IMG/VR virus record: IMGVR_UViG_3300022916_000005
Reading direction: 5' to 3' (one strand)
Source of the DNA: a virus
DNA: 64,000 bases
Below the pieces are notes generated by a model, which was not told the origin of the DNA, did not search any database, and saw only the letters and a list, made by a program, of their open reading frames with translations. The stretch's first letter is position 1; each line of letters starts with the position of its first letter. This document shows, one piece after another, positions 17,683 through 27,748 of the stretch. The position numbers were made by a program, and so were the translations under genes.

Positions 17683-20600
17683 ATGAAAGGTCTTAAAAAT
17701 CCAAACCCAAGAAATCCAGATACAAAATTATATAAGAACTTAACAAGATTACTATCAGGACCATTGGTAGTATATCGAAGTCAACTACCAGTACAAGGGA
17801 AGAGAAGATTCCTTGACAAGTACGGTTCAAAGTTCCGCTCTGCCAGTGGGCAGCAATTTAAAAGATCACAACACAATCCATTCGATCACCTAAATGCAAA
17901 CATGATTGCTAACCAAGTCAGGTCAGAAAGATACATTGACTTTGACCAGATGGAATACGAGCCAATTATTAACTGTATTACGAAAGATTCAGTCATAAAC
18001 ACCCCTTCTGGGGACTTCACAATAGAACGGTTGTTGGAGATGTACCCAAATGGGGAAAACTTCTCTGTGTACGCTTATGACGAATCTAAAGGATGCTTGA
18101 CGGTCGGAAATGCTCATAGCGTTCGTTATACAAAGACAGATCAAGTCTACAAGGTTACATTGGATTCTGGGGAAAGTATTCGGTGTACTAGTGATCACAA
18201 GTTTTTAACAAGAGACGGTAATTGGGTAGAGGCAAAAGATTTGAAAGAGGAACAACCTCTTATGCCATTTTATCGCAAATATGTAAAACGAGACAAGGGA
18301 TATCCTTCTGTTTATACAATTAATGATGGTTGGCAGAGAGAATATCGTTTTGTTGCTGAGAAGACAATTCTTGGAAGAAAGCTTGGAGAATACCCTGTCG
18401 AAGTTGTTCATCACGTCGATCACAACAAGAGCAATAGCAATCCTGATAATCTGCAAGTCGTTTCTGCCAAAGAACATGCAGCAATTCATGGAAGAGACTG
18501 GTACGAGTTCTTCGAGGAAGAAAGAAGAAATAAAATTAGAGATGCCGTTTCAAAAGCTAATAAGGGAAAGGCAGCTTGGAACAAAAATCTAATTGGATGG
18601 TTAGAACACACTCCAGAAGCAAGAAGAAAGATCTCAAAAAAAATGAAGGCAATTTGGGAAGTTGCAACTAAAGAAGAAAAGGAGAAGATGCTTTTCGGGA
18701 TGAGAAAGTGGATGAAGTCTGATATTGGGAAAGAAGTGATGTCTCAAAGAAGGACAAAAATGAACTTGGAAATGTGGAAGGATGAAGAGTTTGTTGAAAG
18801 AGCTTCAGAGAGAAGTTCAAAACACATGAAAGATTTGTGGGACAATGAAGACTGGGCTATCTGGAAGAAGGAACACCATTCAGAAGTGATGAAAAAAAAG
18901 TATCAAGAGGATCCAGAGTATTATAAAAAGAGCGTTAATTATGGAGATAAGAATGGGAGATTTAATAAAGCAATTAATACCGAATTCATTTTAACTTCTG
19001 GAGCGCAGTATGAGGATTTTGAAGATTTCTTAAAAGACGTGGATCTTGGAGAATTTAAAACTAAGGCACGGAAGCGTCAATTTGTTTTAAGAAGGTTGAT
19101 GACGAAAGGATTTGATAGTTGGAAAGATTATAAAGAAAATTATGTTTATGAAAATCATAAAGTAGTTTCTGTTGAAAAGATGGGCATCGAAGATGTGTAT
19201 GATCTTACAACCGATGTATATCACAACTTCGCGTGTAGCGGAGTCATTATTCATAACAGCGCCTTGGACATGTATGCAGACGAGATTACAACATCATCTG
19301 CATTGAGAAAGATGTTGACAATTAACTCAAGTAATGGAGAGATCAAATCAATTCTTCAAGCATTATATTATGATGTATTAAATGTAGACTTTAACCTATA
19401 TCAATGGGCAAGAGCATTTTGTAAGTATGGTGATTTTTTCTTATATTTGGATATCGATGAAGACATTGGTATTCAATCTGTAATTGGTTTACCATCATCT
19501 GAGATTGAAAGGCTGGAGGGAGAAGACAAAACAAACCCAAGTTATATCCAATACCAATGGAATAGTGCAGGGATGACGTTTGAAAATTGGCAGATTGCTC
19601 ACTTCCGCAATGTTGGAAATGAAAAGTTTGTGCCCTACGGGTCCAGTGTTTTGGAAGGAGCAAGAAGAATCTGGAGACAAGTAATCCTTCTTGAGGATGC
19701 AATGATGGCATATCGTATTGTACGATCACCAGAAAGAAAGGCATTTTATATTGATGTTGGGAACATTCCCCCACAAGAAACTGAGCAGTTTGTTCAAAAG
19801 ACGATTACAGAGATGAAGAGAAACCAATTGATTGACTCTAGCACTGGGAGAGTAGACTTAAGATACAATCCATTTTCGATTGAAGAAGATTACTTCATCC
19901 CTGTTAGAGGTGGAACTTCACAAACTCGTATTGAATCAATTCCTGGTGGACAATATACTGGAGATATTGATGATGTAAAATATCTTAAAGACAAGTTGTT
20001 TGCAGCACTTAAAGTTCCTCAATCGTACTTGTTCCGAGGAGAAGGAGCAGAAGAAGACAAGACAACATTAGCACAAAAAGATATTAGATTTAGTAGAACA
20101 ATTCAAAGACTGCAAAGAGCAATCATTTCAGAGTTGGAAAAAATTGGTATCATTCACTTATACACTTTGGGGTACAGAGGATCAGACCTGATCTCTTTTA
20201 CTTTATCTTTGAATAATCCATCAAAGATTGCAGAACTACAAGAGCTTGAATATTGGAGAACAAAGTTCGACGTAGCTTCTGCAGCAGTAGAAGGATATTT
20301 CAGCAAGCGATGGATTTCCGAGCATCTATTTGGAATGTCTGATGAAGAGTTCTTACGAAACCAAAGAGAGATGTTCTATGACCGCAAATTTGAGGCAGCT
20401 TTGGCAGTTGCTGCAGAAGATGAGGGCGAAGGTGATGGTGGTCTCGAAGACTTTGGTGGAGGTGGAGGAGCATTTGGTGGTGGATTTGAAGATGAAGAAG
20501 GTATGGGAGGAGAGGCAGAGTTAGAAGATCTCGAAGGTGGGGAAGATATGGACGAGCTACCACTTGATGATGGTGGTGGAGATGGTGGAGATGAAGATGT

Positions 20601-20940
20601 CTTGTTAGCAGCCCCTGCAAAGAGAGATGATGACGAGGGATATGTAACTCCTGGCAGTAAGGGTAAAAAGTACAAACCAGTTGCTTCTGATAAGCGGAGT
20701 ATGGGAGCACGCAAACGTCACATGAAGGGGCAGTATGCGTCAGAGTTGGGAAGTAATACCCCAAGAAATACTCACAAAGGATATGGAGATCTCAAGTCTC
20801 TATCGAAGGGAATCTTTGAGCAAGAAGAAAGAAAACTAATGCAGACACAGAGGGAAATCGAATTCCTTGTTGAAAGTCTAAAGACAAAAGAATCTTCAGT
20901 TATTACAGAAAATGTAGCAAAAGCTGTAGGAGAAAAGTAA
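17683..20940 (+). CDS. Portal protein (T4 gp20-like) containing an intein
   Basis: LLEDAMMAYRIVRSPERKAFYIDVGN, EEDYFIPVRG, ALKVP; acidic Gly-rich tail. Confidence 0.95.
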   Translation: MKGLKNPNPRNPDTKLYKNLTRLLSGPLVVYRSQLPVQGKRRFLDKYGSKFRSASGQQFKRSQHNPFDHLNANMIANQVRSERYIDFDQMEYEPIINCITKDSVINTPSGDFTIERLLEMYPNGENFSVYAYDESKGCLTVGNAHSVRYTKTDQVYKVTLDSGESIRCTSDHKFLTRDGNWVEAKDLKEEQPLMPFYRKYVKRDKGYPSVYTINDGWQREYRFVAEKTILGRKLGEYPVEVVHHVDHNKSNSNPDNLQVVSAKEHAAIHGRDWYEFFEEERRNKIRDAVSKANKGKAAWNKNLIGWLEHTPEARRKISKKMKAIWEVATKEEKEKMLFGMRKWMKSDIGKEVMSQRRTKMNLEMWKDEEFVERASERSSKHMKDLWDNEDWAIWKKEHHSEVMKKKYQEDPEYYKKSVNYGDKNGRFNKAINTEFILTSGAQYEDFEDFLKDVDLGEFKTKARKRQFVLRRLMTKGFDSWKDYKENYVYENHKVVSVEKMGIEDVYDLTTDVYHNFACSGVIIHNSALDMYADEITTSSALRKMLTINSSNGEIKSILQALYYDVLNVDFNLYQWARAFCKYGDFFLYLDIDEDIGIQSVIGLPSSEIERLEGEDKTNPSYIQYQWNSAGMTFENWQIAHFRNVGNEKFVPYGSSVLEGARRIWRQVILLEDAMMAYRIVRSPERKAFYIDVGNIPPQETEQFVQKTITEMKRNQLIDSSTGRVDLRYNPFSIEEDYFIPVRGGTSQTRIESIPGGQYTGDIDDVKYLKDKLFAALKVPQSYLFRGEGAEEDKTTLAQKDIRFSRTIQRLQRAIISELEKIGIIHLYTLGYRGSDLISFTLSLNNPSKIAELQELEYWRTKFDVASAAVEGYFSKRWISEHLFGMSDEEFLRNQREMFYDRKFEAALAVAAEDEGEGDGGLEDFGGGGGAFGGGFEDEEGMGGEAELEDLEGGEDMDELPLDDGGGDGGDEDVLLAAPAKRDDDEGYVTPGSKGKKYKPVASDKRSMGARKRHMKGQYASELGSNTPRNTHKGYGDLKSLSKGIFEQEERKLMQTQREIEFLVESLKTKESSVITENVAKAVGEK
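17974..19257 (+). mobile_element. Cis intein with HNH homing endonuclease (428 aa)
   Basis: N|CITKDS...CTSDH...VVHHVDHNKSN..N...DVYDLT..HNF...IIHN|S. Confidence 0.93.
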
Positions 20941-20944
20941 ATCA

Positions 20945-22219
20945 ATGATCGTTAATGAGATTACAAGATACAAGAAGGAGGGTGTCAAGATTAATGATAC
21001 CTTACAAATCTTGAAAAAATATGCCAAAGAAGATCGATATTTTGTTCAATTTTCTGAGATTAAAAAGTTAGGAATACATATTAGATCGAAGTATGAAACT
21101 CCACTTGGGGTTTATTCTTATTTTCTTAACGATCAGTTTGTACAAGATTTTGAAGAGGACGAGATCCCTTTTGCTAGTGAAAGAAAATATATGGTTATTT
21201 TTGAGACAAAAGATGATGCTAAAGTTTGGGAAATCAAAGAAGAAGACATGCCAGAAGAAAACTTCTATGTATGGATTGAAGAAATCATAGATCTTGTTAT
21301 TGCTGGAGCTATAAGGCAGAATAAAATTAAAATGTACGGGATGGCAGGAACTCACAACTTCATAGAAGATGGAGAACACTACAACATCCTGCGAACGTTT
21401 AAGACTGACTACCAAGATTTTTATGATAAATATGGCCATCATCCAAGTGGAAAAGAATTTTTTGTATGGTCAGAGATGTTCCAAGAACTTGTGGACGGCT
21501 CTTACAAAGAAGAGAGAACAGGTGTATTGTGGAATATTTTGAGAGTTATTGCTGGCAATCCACGACAATGGAGAAAGTTATTTGTATTGCTTGGCGTTGA
21601 TGGTGTTGTGGATTATGATACAGGAACAATTCACGAGAATGAGCCGGAACAGGCAGTCTTCTTTGCTCTTGGCAGCTTGAGGCTTGTTGACATTATTGAT
21701 AACAAAGAACCTCGTAAGAAAAAGCAAAATTTGAAGAACACAAACGCATATTCAATCATTAAGAATAATCCAGAATCATTAGATCCTTCAAATTTCGAAG
21801 CAACTCCTTATACAGGAAATGAATATTATACAACTGCAATGCATTCAAGTGAATTTGGGGGTGATATTTGGGTTAGATTTGAATATAAAATAAAGATTAT
21901 TAATGAACAGTTTCCAAAAGGTCAAGAGGTTTCGATTGATTACAAGATTAACTTTAGCGAAGAGAGTGTTAAAATTTTTGGACAAGGTGGAAACAAAGCT
22001 ATTGGAACATCTGATTTCAAATCATTTCCGCTTAAAAAAGAGATGTATGAAATTGCAGAGAAAGACAAAGAATCAAATGGGCTTAGCTTATATATGGTCC
22101 ATAGACAAGAACTTATGGAATTATCGGCATCAAAAGAGGTTGTAGACCGTGTAAGGCAAGACCTTTTAAATCAAGAGAAGCTTAGATCACGAATATTATA
22201 TATGGCTTTGACAAAATAA
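20945..22219 (+). CDS. Hypothetical protein, possible ADP-ribosyltransferase-like internal head protein
   Basis: MIVNE start; TPLGVYSY and LGVDGVVD...ENEPEQAVFF. Confidence 0.45.
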   Translation: MIVNEITRYKKEGVKINDTLQILKKYAKEDRYFVQFSEIKKLGIHIRSKYETPLGVYSYFLNDQFVQDFEEDEIPFASERKYMVIFETKDDAKVWEIKEEDMPEENFYVWIEEIIDLVIAGAIRQNKIKMYGMAGTHNFIEDGEHYNILRTFKTDYQDFYDKYGHHPSGKEFFVWSEMFQELVDGSYKEERTGVLWNILRVIAGNPRQWRKLFVLLGVDGVVDYDTGTIHENEPEQAVFFALGSLRLVDIIDNKEPRKKKQNLKNTNAYSIIKNNPESLDPSNFEATPYTGNEYYTTAMHSSEFGGDIWVRFEYKIKIINEQFPKGQEVSIDYKINFSEESVKIFGQGGNKAIGTSDFKSFPLKKEMYEIAEKDKESNGLSLYMVHRQELMELSASKEVVDRVRQDLLNQEKLRSRILYMALTK

Positions 22220-22248
22220 GATTTGACAACAACAAGGAGAAAATAAAA

Positions 22249-23037
22249 ATGGCAAATCACCACAATAAGAAAAGAAACACAGCACTACTTTATGAGGTAT
22301 TGGTAAAAAACCTTTCAAAGGCAATCCTCGACAAAGATCAGACAAAGAAAAAGAAAACATTATCTCTACTAAGAGAGTTTTTTAACAAGAAGACAATTCT
22401 GAATGCAGAACTAAAACTTTATCAAAGTGTTATCTTGTCAAAAGAATTAGATAAAGAATTGGCAGAGAGGATGTTAGAGGAGGCATTGAAGCAACACTCA
22501 ATGATTAATCAAAAGATGATCTTCTCTGAGCAAAGTAGATTAATTTCCCAAATCAATAGAGCCTTAACAAAACAAGCGTATTCTGTATTTGTTCCTAATT
22601 ACAAATCTATTGCAACGGTATATCAAATGTTCCATACCCGAGATCCAAAGGAAAAGATCCTTCTTGAAAACAAAGTTATCGAAGAGATGACGATGCTTGA
22701 GAAGAAGGAAAAAGAATTAAAACCTCTTGATCAGTTAACAATGAAGACATTCATCAATAACTTTAATAAGACATACGGTAAAGAACTGTTAGATGAACAA
22801 AAGAAACTACTTAATAAGTTTGTATTTTCAGATACAGATGGAGGAGTTGATTTCAAAATTTACATTAATGAAGAGATTACAAGATTGAAAGCTCATCTTG
22901 AAAAGTCAGATGAACCAAAATCAAAACAAGTTATTGAATTGTTAGAGTCTCATCGCAAAGGAAAGGTTGACATTGAACTAATTAGGAAAGTAATGCAAGT
23001 ACAAGAATTGGTACTTGAAATGTTAAAGGACAAATAA
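22249..23037 (+). CDS. Head-module hypothetical protein
   Basis: AAGGAG RBS; helical; HNKKRNT start; lies between portal and protease. Confidence 0.6.
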   Translation: MANHHNKKRNTALLYEVLVKNLSKAILDKDQTKKKKTLSLLREFFNKKTILNAELKLYQSVILSKELDKELAERMLEEALKQHSMINQKMIFSEQSRLISQINRALTKQAYSVFVPNYKSIATVYQMFHTRDPKEKILLENKVIEEMTMLEKKEKELKPLDQLTMKTFINNFNKTYGKELLDEQKKLLNKFVFSDTDGGVDFKIYINEEITRLKAHLEKSDEPKSKQVIELLESHRKGKVDIELIRKVMQVQELVLEMLKDK

Positions 23038-23040
23038 ACA

Positions 23041-23673
23041 ATGGCAGATGATATTGTATTCAAGATTGGAGCAGAAGCAAACGAAGATGACAATTCTCCC
23101 GAGAAGAAAAAGTTTCTTCAAGCCAAGGCATCATTAAATATTAGAAGAACTTTGGATGGAAACTTGATCATCTTTGATCATAAGTATATTGATATTGCAA
23201 TCATTCCAAAGACAAATAAGATTATGGCATTCCCAAAGGAAGAGATGGGAGAGTTAATCTATGCAACACAAGATAGATTATTTAAGTATCTTGCAAAGCA
23301 CGGAGTAATTGTTGGAGACAGTATTCAAGGTGGGAATGTGTATTCTTCAATTGAGGCAGCATACCCAGAAACGGCGAGTGAAGTTGATGCAATTCAAATA
23401 ATTGTATTCACGATTGCAAAGTTTATTGAAGAAGATAGTATTGGAATGGACTTTGAAGACGAATACCTTGAAGACCTTGATAACTTCTTTACAAATCCTG
23501 ACGAGGAAGATAGTACGTCGCTGGGAGAAATTCCACAAAACGTGTCGAAAGGGAGTATTCGCCCGTCATTACGGCCTTATGGGATGTCTACCATGTACAA
23601 AGTGTACGAACAACGAATTAAAGACCGTGCCAAAAGATTGCGACTTCTAAAAGAACAACAAAAAAATAAATAA
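23041..23673 (+). CDS. Hypothetical protein
   Basis: Coupled ORF in the head module. Confidence 0.6.
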   Translation: MADDIVFKIGAEANEDDNSPEKKKFLQAKASLNIRRTLDGNLIIFDHKYIDIAIIPKTNKIMAFPKEEMGELIYATQDRLFKYLAKHGVIVGDSIQGGNVYSSIEAAYPETASEVDAIQIIVFTIAKFIEEDSIGMDFEDEYLEDLDNFFTNPDEEDSTSLGEIPQNVSKGSIRPSLRPYGMSTMYKVYEQRIKDRAKRLRLLKEQQKNK

Positions 23674-23718
23674 ATCTTCCAAATTGAGTGTAAAACTCTT
23701 CCCTTTCCTATTTTGCAA

Positions 23719-23726
23719 ACTATTTA
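23719..23726 (+). promoter_or_regulatory. Putative late promoter ACTATTTA in the loop of an RBS-sequestering hairpin
   Basis: Flanked by CCCTTTCCTATTTTGC and ATAGGCAAAAGGAG. Confidence 0.6.
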
Positions 23727-23750
23727 TAGTATAGGCAAAAGGAGAAATCT

Positions 23751-24986
23751 ATGAAGTTCAATTGTGGTATCTATCAAATTTTAAATACAAAAACAGGCAA
23801 ATCATACGTAGGAAGTTCATCTAATATTCGAAAAAGATGGGCAGGGCACAAGAGACAGTTGAAAAGGGGAGAACACCACTCGACTCATTTACAAAGATCT
23901 TGGAACAAATATGGCGAAGAAGAATTTAAATTCTTACTTATTGAAGAAGTAAAGGAATCTCAAAACTTAATTAAAAAAGAACAAAGCTATCTTGATATTT
24001 TTAAAGTTTATGATAGGGAATTCGGATTCAACATCAGTCCAACGGCGGGAAGTACACTGGGGATTCCTTGTTCTGAAGAGACGAAAATAAAGTTGAGAGA
24101 ATTTAATAAAGGGAAGAAACTATCAGAAGAAACGAAACGCAAAATGAGCGAAATAAGGAGGGGAGTGAAATTAGGACCAAGAGGGCCAATGTCAGAAGAA
24201 AACAAACAAAAGATAAAAGATTCTTATTTAAATAGGACAGCATGGAATAAGGGATTAAGGTGCCCACAAATGGCAAAATGTGGAGAAGACAATTCTCAAG
24301 CAAAACTAACGTGGGGAGAAGTTGGAGAAATAAGGGAAAAATACCTAACAGGTGATTTCAAGAGAGATTTTCTGGCAGAAGAGTATGATGTGTCTTGTTT
24401 CGCAATTTCTAAAGTTATCAATAATAAGAGATGGATAGACAAAAACTATACTCCTCCAACTCACAACCAAGCTCAAAAATTGACGGAAGAGAAGGTAAAA
24501 GAAATAAGAATAAAATATGCAACAGGAAAACATAAACAAACAGATATTGCAAAAGAGCACGGGATTGATGGAGCAACGGTTTGCGAAATTGTTAATTACA
24601 AATACTGGATAATCGAAGGAGAAGAAAGGATTGAAAAGCCAGAGTATGGTTGTGGTCACAAACTAACGTGGGAGAAGGTACATGAGATAAGAAATTTATA
24701 TTCTATTGAAAGAAAACATTCGATTAAAGAGTTGGCAGAATTATATGAAGTTTCAAATTCGTTAATTGCTCTCATTATTAGAAACGAACGTTGGTATGAT
24801 GAAAACTATACTCCACCAAAACACAAAAACAAAGGGAACAAGTTGACTTGGGAACTGGTAGTCGAAATGCGCGAGAAGTATAAAAAGAAAAATCACCCAA
24901 CACAAATCAAGTTAGCAGAAGAATACGGAATAGATAAAAGAACGGTATGTGACATCGTAAATTATAAAGCTTGGAAGGAAGAATAA
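23751..24986 (+). CDS. GIY-YIG homing endonuclease with NUMOD3-like and HTH repeats
   Basis: CGIYQILN..SYVGSS; SEETKRKMS; four KLT(W/E).. repeats. Confidence 0.9.
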   Translation: MKFNCGIYQILNTKTGKSYVGSSSNIRKRWAGHKRQLKRGEHHSTHLQRSWNKYGEEEFKFLLIEEVKESQNLIKKEQSYLDIFKVYDREFGFNISPTAGSTLGIPCSEETKIKLREFNKGKKLSEETKRKMSEIRRGVKLGPRGPMSEENKQKIKDSYLNRTAWNKGLRCPQMAKCGEDNSQAKLTWGEVGEIREKYLTGDFKRDFLAEEYDVSCFAISKVINNKRWIDKNYTPPTHNQAQKLTEEKVKEIRIKYATGKHKQTDIAKEHGIDGATVCEIVNYKYWIIEGEERIEKPEYGCGHKLTWEKVHEIRNLYSIERKHSIKELAELYEVSNSLIALIIRNERWYDENYTPPKHKNKGNKLTWELVVEMREKYKKKNHPTQIKLAEEYGIDKRTVCDIVNYKAWKEE

Positions 24987-24998
24987 CCCATTCAGCAA

Positions 24999-25006
24999 TC
25001 TAATTA
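24999..25006 (+). promoter_or_regulatory. Putative late promoter TCTAATTA
   Basis: Recurring motif. Confidence 0.5.
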
Positions 25007-25032
25007 TGTTAATCAAAAGGAATACAACAAAT

Positions 25033-25269
25033 ATGTCAAATTTACAGAAGTTAATTAAAGAGGCTATCTTGAAAGAGATGGGAAACTATGAAAGTACAAT
25101 TCTTGAAGGTGAAATTGACAATGTCATTCAGGCAATGATTACGAGTGGCAGGGTTGATGAGCAAGGTGTTGTAGGAGCACTAGAAGCATTGATGGTTAAA
25201 TATGAAAACATGCCACCTTCATATGAAGAGGAAGGAGATTTGGACCTATACGAGAATAAGGAGAAATAA
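25033..25269 (+). CDS. Small hypothetical protein, possible internal head protein
   Basis: MSNLQKLIKEAILKE. Confidence 0.55.
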   Translation: MSNLQKLIKEAILKEMGNYESTILEGEIDNVIQAMITSGRVDEQGVVGALEALMVKYENMPPSYEEEGDLDLYENKEK

Positions 25270-25270
25270 A

Positions 25271-25585
25271 ATGACAACATTCATTCTGACCTGTTATGGT
25301 ATAACACTAATCTTAACTCAAGGGTCAATCTTTGAAGGGGTAAGAACCCTTTTAGAAAAGGTTTGGAATAAGATTCCTTTAATCAAGAAAGCAAAATCAC
25401 CATTTAGGTGTTCAATGTGTGTGGGCTTTTGGGTAGGGTTGGCAATGTCTTTTGTATTACCAACTCAATTGACACTATCAGTTCCTTATTTTGTCAATTT
25501 CCTTCTTGCTTGTGTTTCTTCTGGTACATCATATATCCTTGTCACATCCTTCTCGGATAAGGGTTTTCGAGTTTCAAAGAAATAA
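25271..25585 (+). CDS. DUF1360-like membrane protein
   Basis: AGGAG RBS; IFEGVR...CSMCVGFW; TM segments. Confidence 0.55.
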   Translation: MTTFILTCYGITLILTQGSIFEGVRTLLEKVWNKIPLIKKAKSPFRCSMCVGFWVGLAMSFVLPTQLTLSVPYFVNFLLACVSSGTSYILVTSFSDKGFRVSKK

Positions 25586-25602
25586 ACAAAGATTAAAGAA
25601 CA

Positions 25603-25610
25603 ACTATTTA
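25603..25610 (+). promoter_or_regulatory. Putative late promoter ACTATTTA
   Basis: Recurring motif 25 nt upstream of ATG 25635. Confidence 0.6.
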
Positions 25611-25634
25611 GATCATAATCAAGGGAACTATTGC

Positions 25635-26375
25635 ATGAAAACAATTAATAAAGAAACATTAAGAAAAGTTGTCAAGAAGATCTTGGAAGAAGGTCGATGG
25701 CAAGATTTAGCAAGAGAACAAGGGGTATTGAAAGATCCTCAACCAGAATCTGATACAGGAACTATTGAAGTTGGAGATCTTGTAGAGTATCTCAAAACAA
25801 TTACTGTATATTTAAAAACACTTAAACAAGATACTCAAAAGAGAAGAGCCAGACCATCAGTTAAAAAAGATATCCATCCAAGAGGAGATGTCGAAAAGAT
25901 ATTTACATCAAGCACGACAGGAAAAGAGATGGCAATTGTAATATGGCATAATGCCGGAAAGTATTGGCAGAATGCAATTCGATACGTCCCACTATCAGAT
26001 TTAAAATTAATCAGAAAAAGCGAACCAGAAAAGGAAAAGCAAGAGTCTCCATATGAACGAGTATCAAGTTTTAATGTTGGAGACCTTGTCGCAAGAGATT
26101 CTTATGGTGATACGATTGGTCTAAATTCAAAAATCTACACTGGAAGAGTCACGTCTCTCGATGCGGGACATCCAGAAGTTGATTGGACAAATTGGTATTC
26201 TGGGAACATGAGAGGGTATACTTCCTATAAAGTAGGCCAATTATACAAAATCAAAGAAGGAACGGAAGAATATAATTATACTTTAAAAAGAGCAAAAGAA
26301 GATGAAGAGAAAGGAGGCCCTGATTGGTGGATGCAAAAATCCTCGCTTTCAAAAATCCCACTTTCAACTAATTAA
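25635..26375 (+). CDS. Protein with two SH3/KOW-like domains, possible internal head protein
   Basis: KETLRKVVKKILEE; IEVGDLVEY; FNVGDLVAR. Confidence 0.55.
   Translation: MKTINKETLRKVVKKILEEGRWQDLAREQGVLKDPQPESDTGTIEVGDLVEYLKTITVYLKTLKQDTQKRRARPSVKKDIHPRGDVEKIFTSSTTGKEMAIVIWHNAGKYWQNAIRYVPLSDLKLIRKSEPEKEKQESPYERVSSFNVGDLVARDSYGDTIGLNSKIYTGRVTSLDAGHPEVDWTNWYSGNMRGYTSYKVGQLYKIKEGTEEYNYTLKRAKEDEEKGGPDWWMQKSSLSKIPLSTN
26367..26374 (+). promoter_or_regulatory. Putative late promoter ACTAATTA
   Basis: Upstream of the prohead protease. Confidence 0.55.
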
Positions 26376-26389
26376 GGATAATAGCCAAG

Positions 26390-27031
26390 ATGATAATTAA
26401 AGAAAACAAACAATATCTATTAAGAGAATTTTACGAAATGTGCCCAGATGGCAGATGCGGTATTGGGCTCCTGAATGAGAGTGAACAGAGCTATAAAAAC
26501 GAAGGGTTCACTTTATTGACAGGGAAGATGCAGACTGCCAACAAGAAAAATGCTAATGGCAGAATTTATAAGAAACCTTTACTTGAAAGAGAAATGCAAG
26601 TATATCAAAAGCTTGTAAGTGAGAACAGAGCTTATGGAGAACTTGATCATCCATCAGAAGCTATCGTAGAGGCAAAGAATGCATCTCATAGAGTGTTGAG
26701 GACTTGGTGGGATGGTGACGATGTAATGGGTGTTGTTCTTTTAATGAACACAAGAATGGGCAAAGATGCCCAAGCCATTGTTGAGTCTGGCGGAATGTTG
26801 GGGATCTCTTCGAGAGCACTAGGATCTTTAAGGAAAGAAAGCGATGCATTGATTGTAGAAGATGATCTTCAACTGATCTGTTTTGATTTAGTAACAGACC
26901 CAAGTACTGACGGGGCATTTATGATGCAAGACGTTTCGGTCAAACAAATTCAAGAGATCAGAGAAGGTAGATATCTGAGAGCGAATAGTAATAATAGACT
27001 TGAAGATTTGTATAACCAAATCTTAAATTAA
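26390..27031 (+). CDS. Prohead core protease (T4 gp21-like)
   Basis: NANGRIY, GELDHP, ASH, GISSRALGS, FDLVTDPS. Confidence 0.95.
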   Translation: MIIKENKQYLLREFYEMCPDGRCGIGLLNESEQSYKNEGFTLLTGKMQTANKKNANGRIYKKPLLEREMQVYQKLVSENRAYGELDHPSEAIVEAKNASHRVLRTWWDGDDVMGVVLLMNTRMGKDAQAIVESGGMLGISSRALGSLRKESDALIVEDDLQLICFDLVTDPSTDGAFMMQDVSVKQIQEIREGRYLRANSNNRLEDLYNQILN

Positions 27032-27034
27032 GAT

Positions 27035-27042
27035 ACTATTTA
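27035..27042 (+). promoter_or_regulatory. Putative late promoter ACTATTTA
   Basis: Recurring motif. Confidence 0.6.
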
Positions 27043-27061
27043 GAAGAAAGGAGCACTAAAC

Positions 27062-27475
27062 ATGTCAACAGGCCCAGAAGGATATTTTAGAAAAAATTCA
27101 ATTCACAATACAGCACCATATTTGGTATCAGCATTGCCATATATTACATCTTCATTGGTAATTCCTGCAGATACAGAAGATCCGTTGGAACTCGAATTTC
27201 CATATGTTACAAGGTTTGTAACAATTAAAAACGATCATGCATCAGATGATTTGAGAGTTGGAGTGACATCAACAGGAACGTCAGGAAGTTACAACTATTT
27301 TGTACTAGCTCCAGACACAAGCTACACTGCAGAATGGAAGTTAACATCAATTTTTTTATTGAGCAATACAGGATCTGTTGGTGAAGCAACTGTCATTGCT
27401 GGGTTGACAAACATTAACGATGCAGAAGGATCTTTAGATTCAACTAATCTTGCATATACTGGAAGCGGGGCATAG
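27062..27475 (+). CDS. Putative virion decoration protein
   Basis: Beta-rich, S/T/G-rich, in the head module. Confidence 0.5.
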   Translation: MSTGPEGYFRKNSIHNTAPYLVSALPYITSSLVIPADTEDPLELEFPYVTRFVTIKNDHASDDLRVGVTSTGTSGSYNYFVLAPDTSYTAEWKLTSIFLLSNTGSVGEATVIAGLTNINDAEGSLDSTNLAYTGSGA

Positions 27476-27481
27476 AAAACA

Positions 27482-27730
27482 ATGGCAGGATTTGACTATC
27501 CGGCAAAAGACATAGAATTGACAGGATCAGTAGATATTGCTGACGGTGATGTTATTGGTATTTCTGACGGGACAAATACTGCATCTGTTAATTCTGCATA
27601 TGGGCTTGAAGTTTCTTCGATGAGTGAGAAGGAATTGCTAGAGGCCATCTTAAAAGAGATGAGAGTGATGAATGTTCATCTCTCTTTAATCACAGATGAA
27701 AGAATCCATTCAGACACAGACCTTGTATAA
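27482..27730 (+). CDS. Putative virion protein
   Basis: ISDGTNTASVN motif; C-terminal helix. Confidence 0.5.
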   Translation: MAGFDYPAKDIELTGSVDIADGDVIGISDGTNTASVNSAYGLEVSSMSEKELLEAILKEMRVMNVHLSLITDERIHSDTDLV

Positions 27731-27748
27731 GATAGGAGAATTATTGTA

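Noticed and set aside
20420-20600. GGT/GAT-rich low-complexity tract and overlapping alternative ORFs
   Set aside because: Explained by the acidic Gly-rich portal tail
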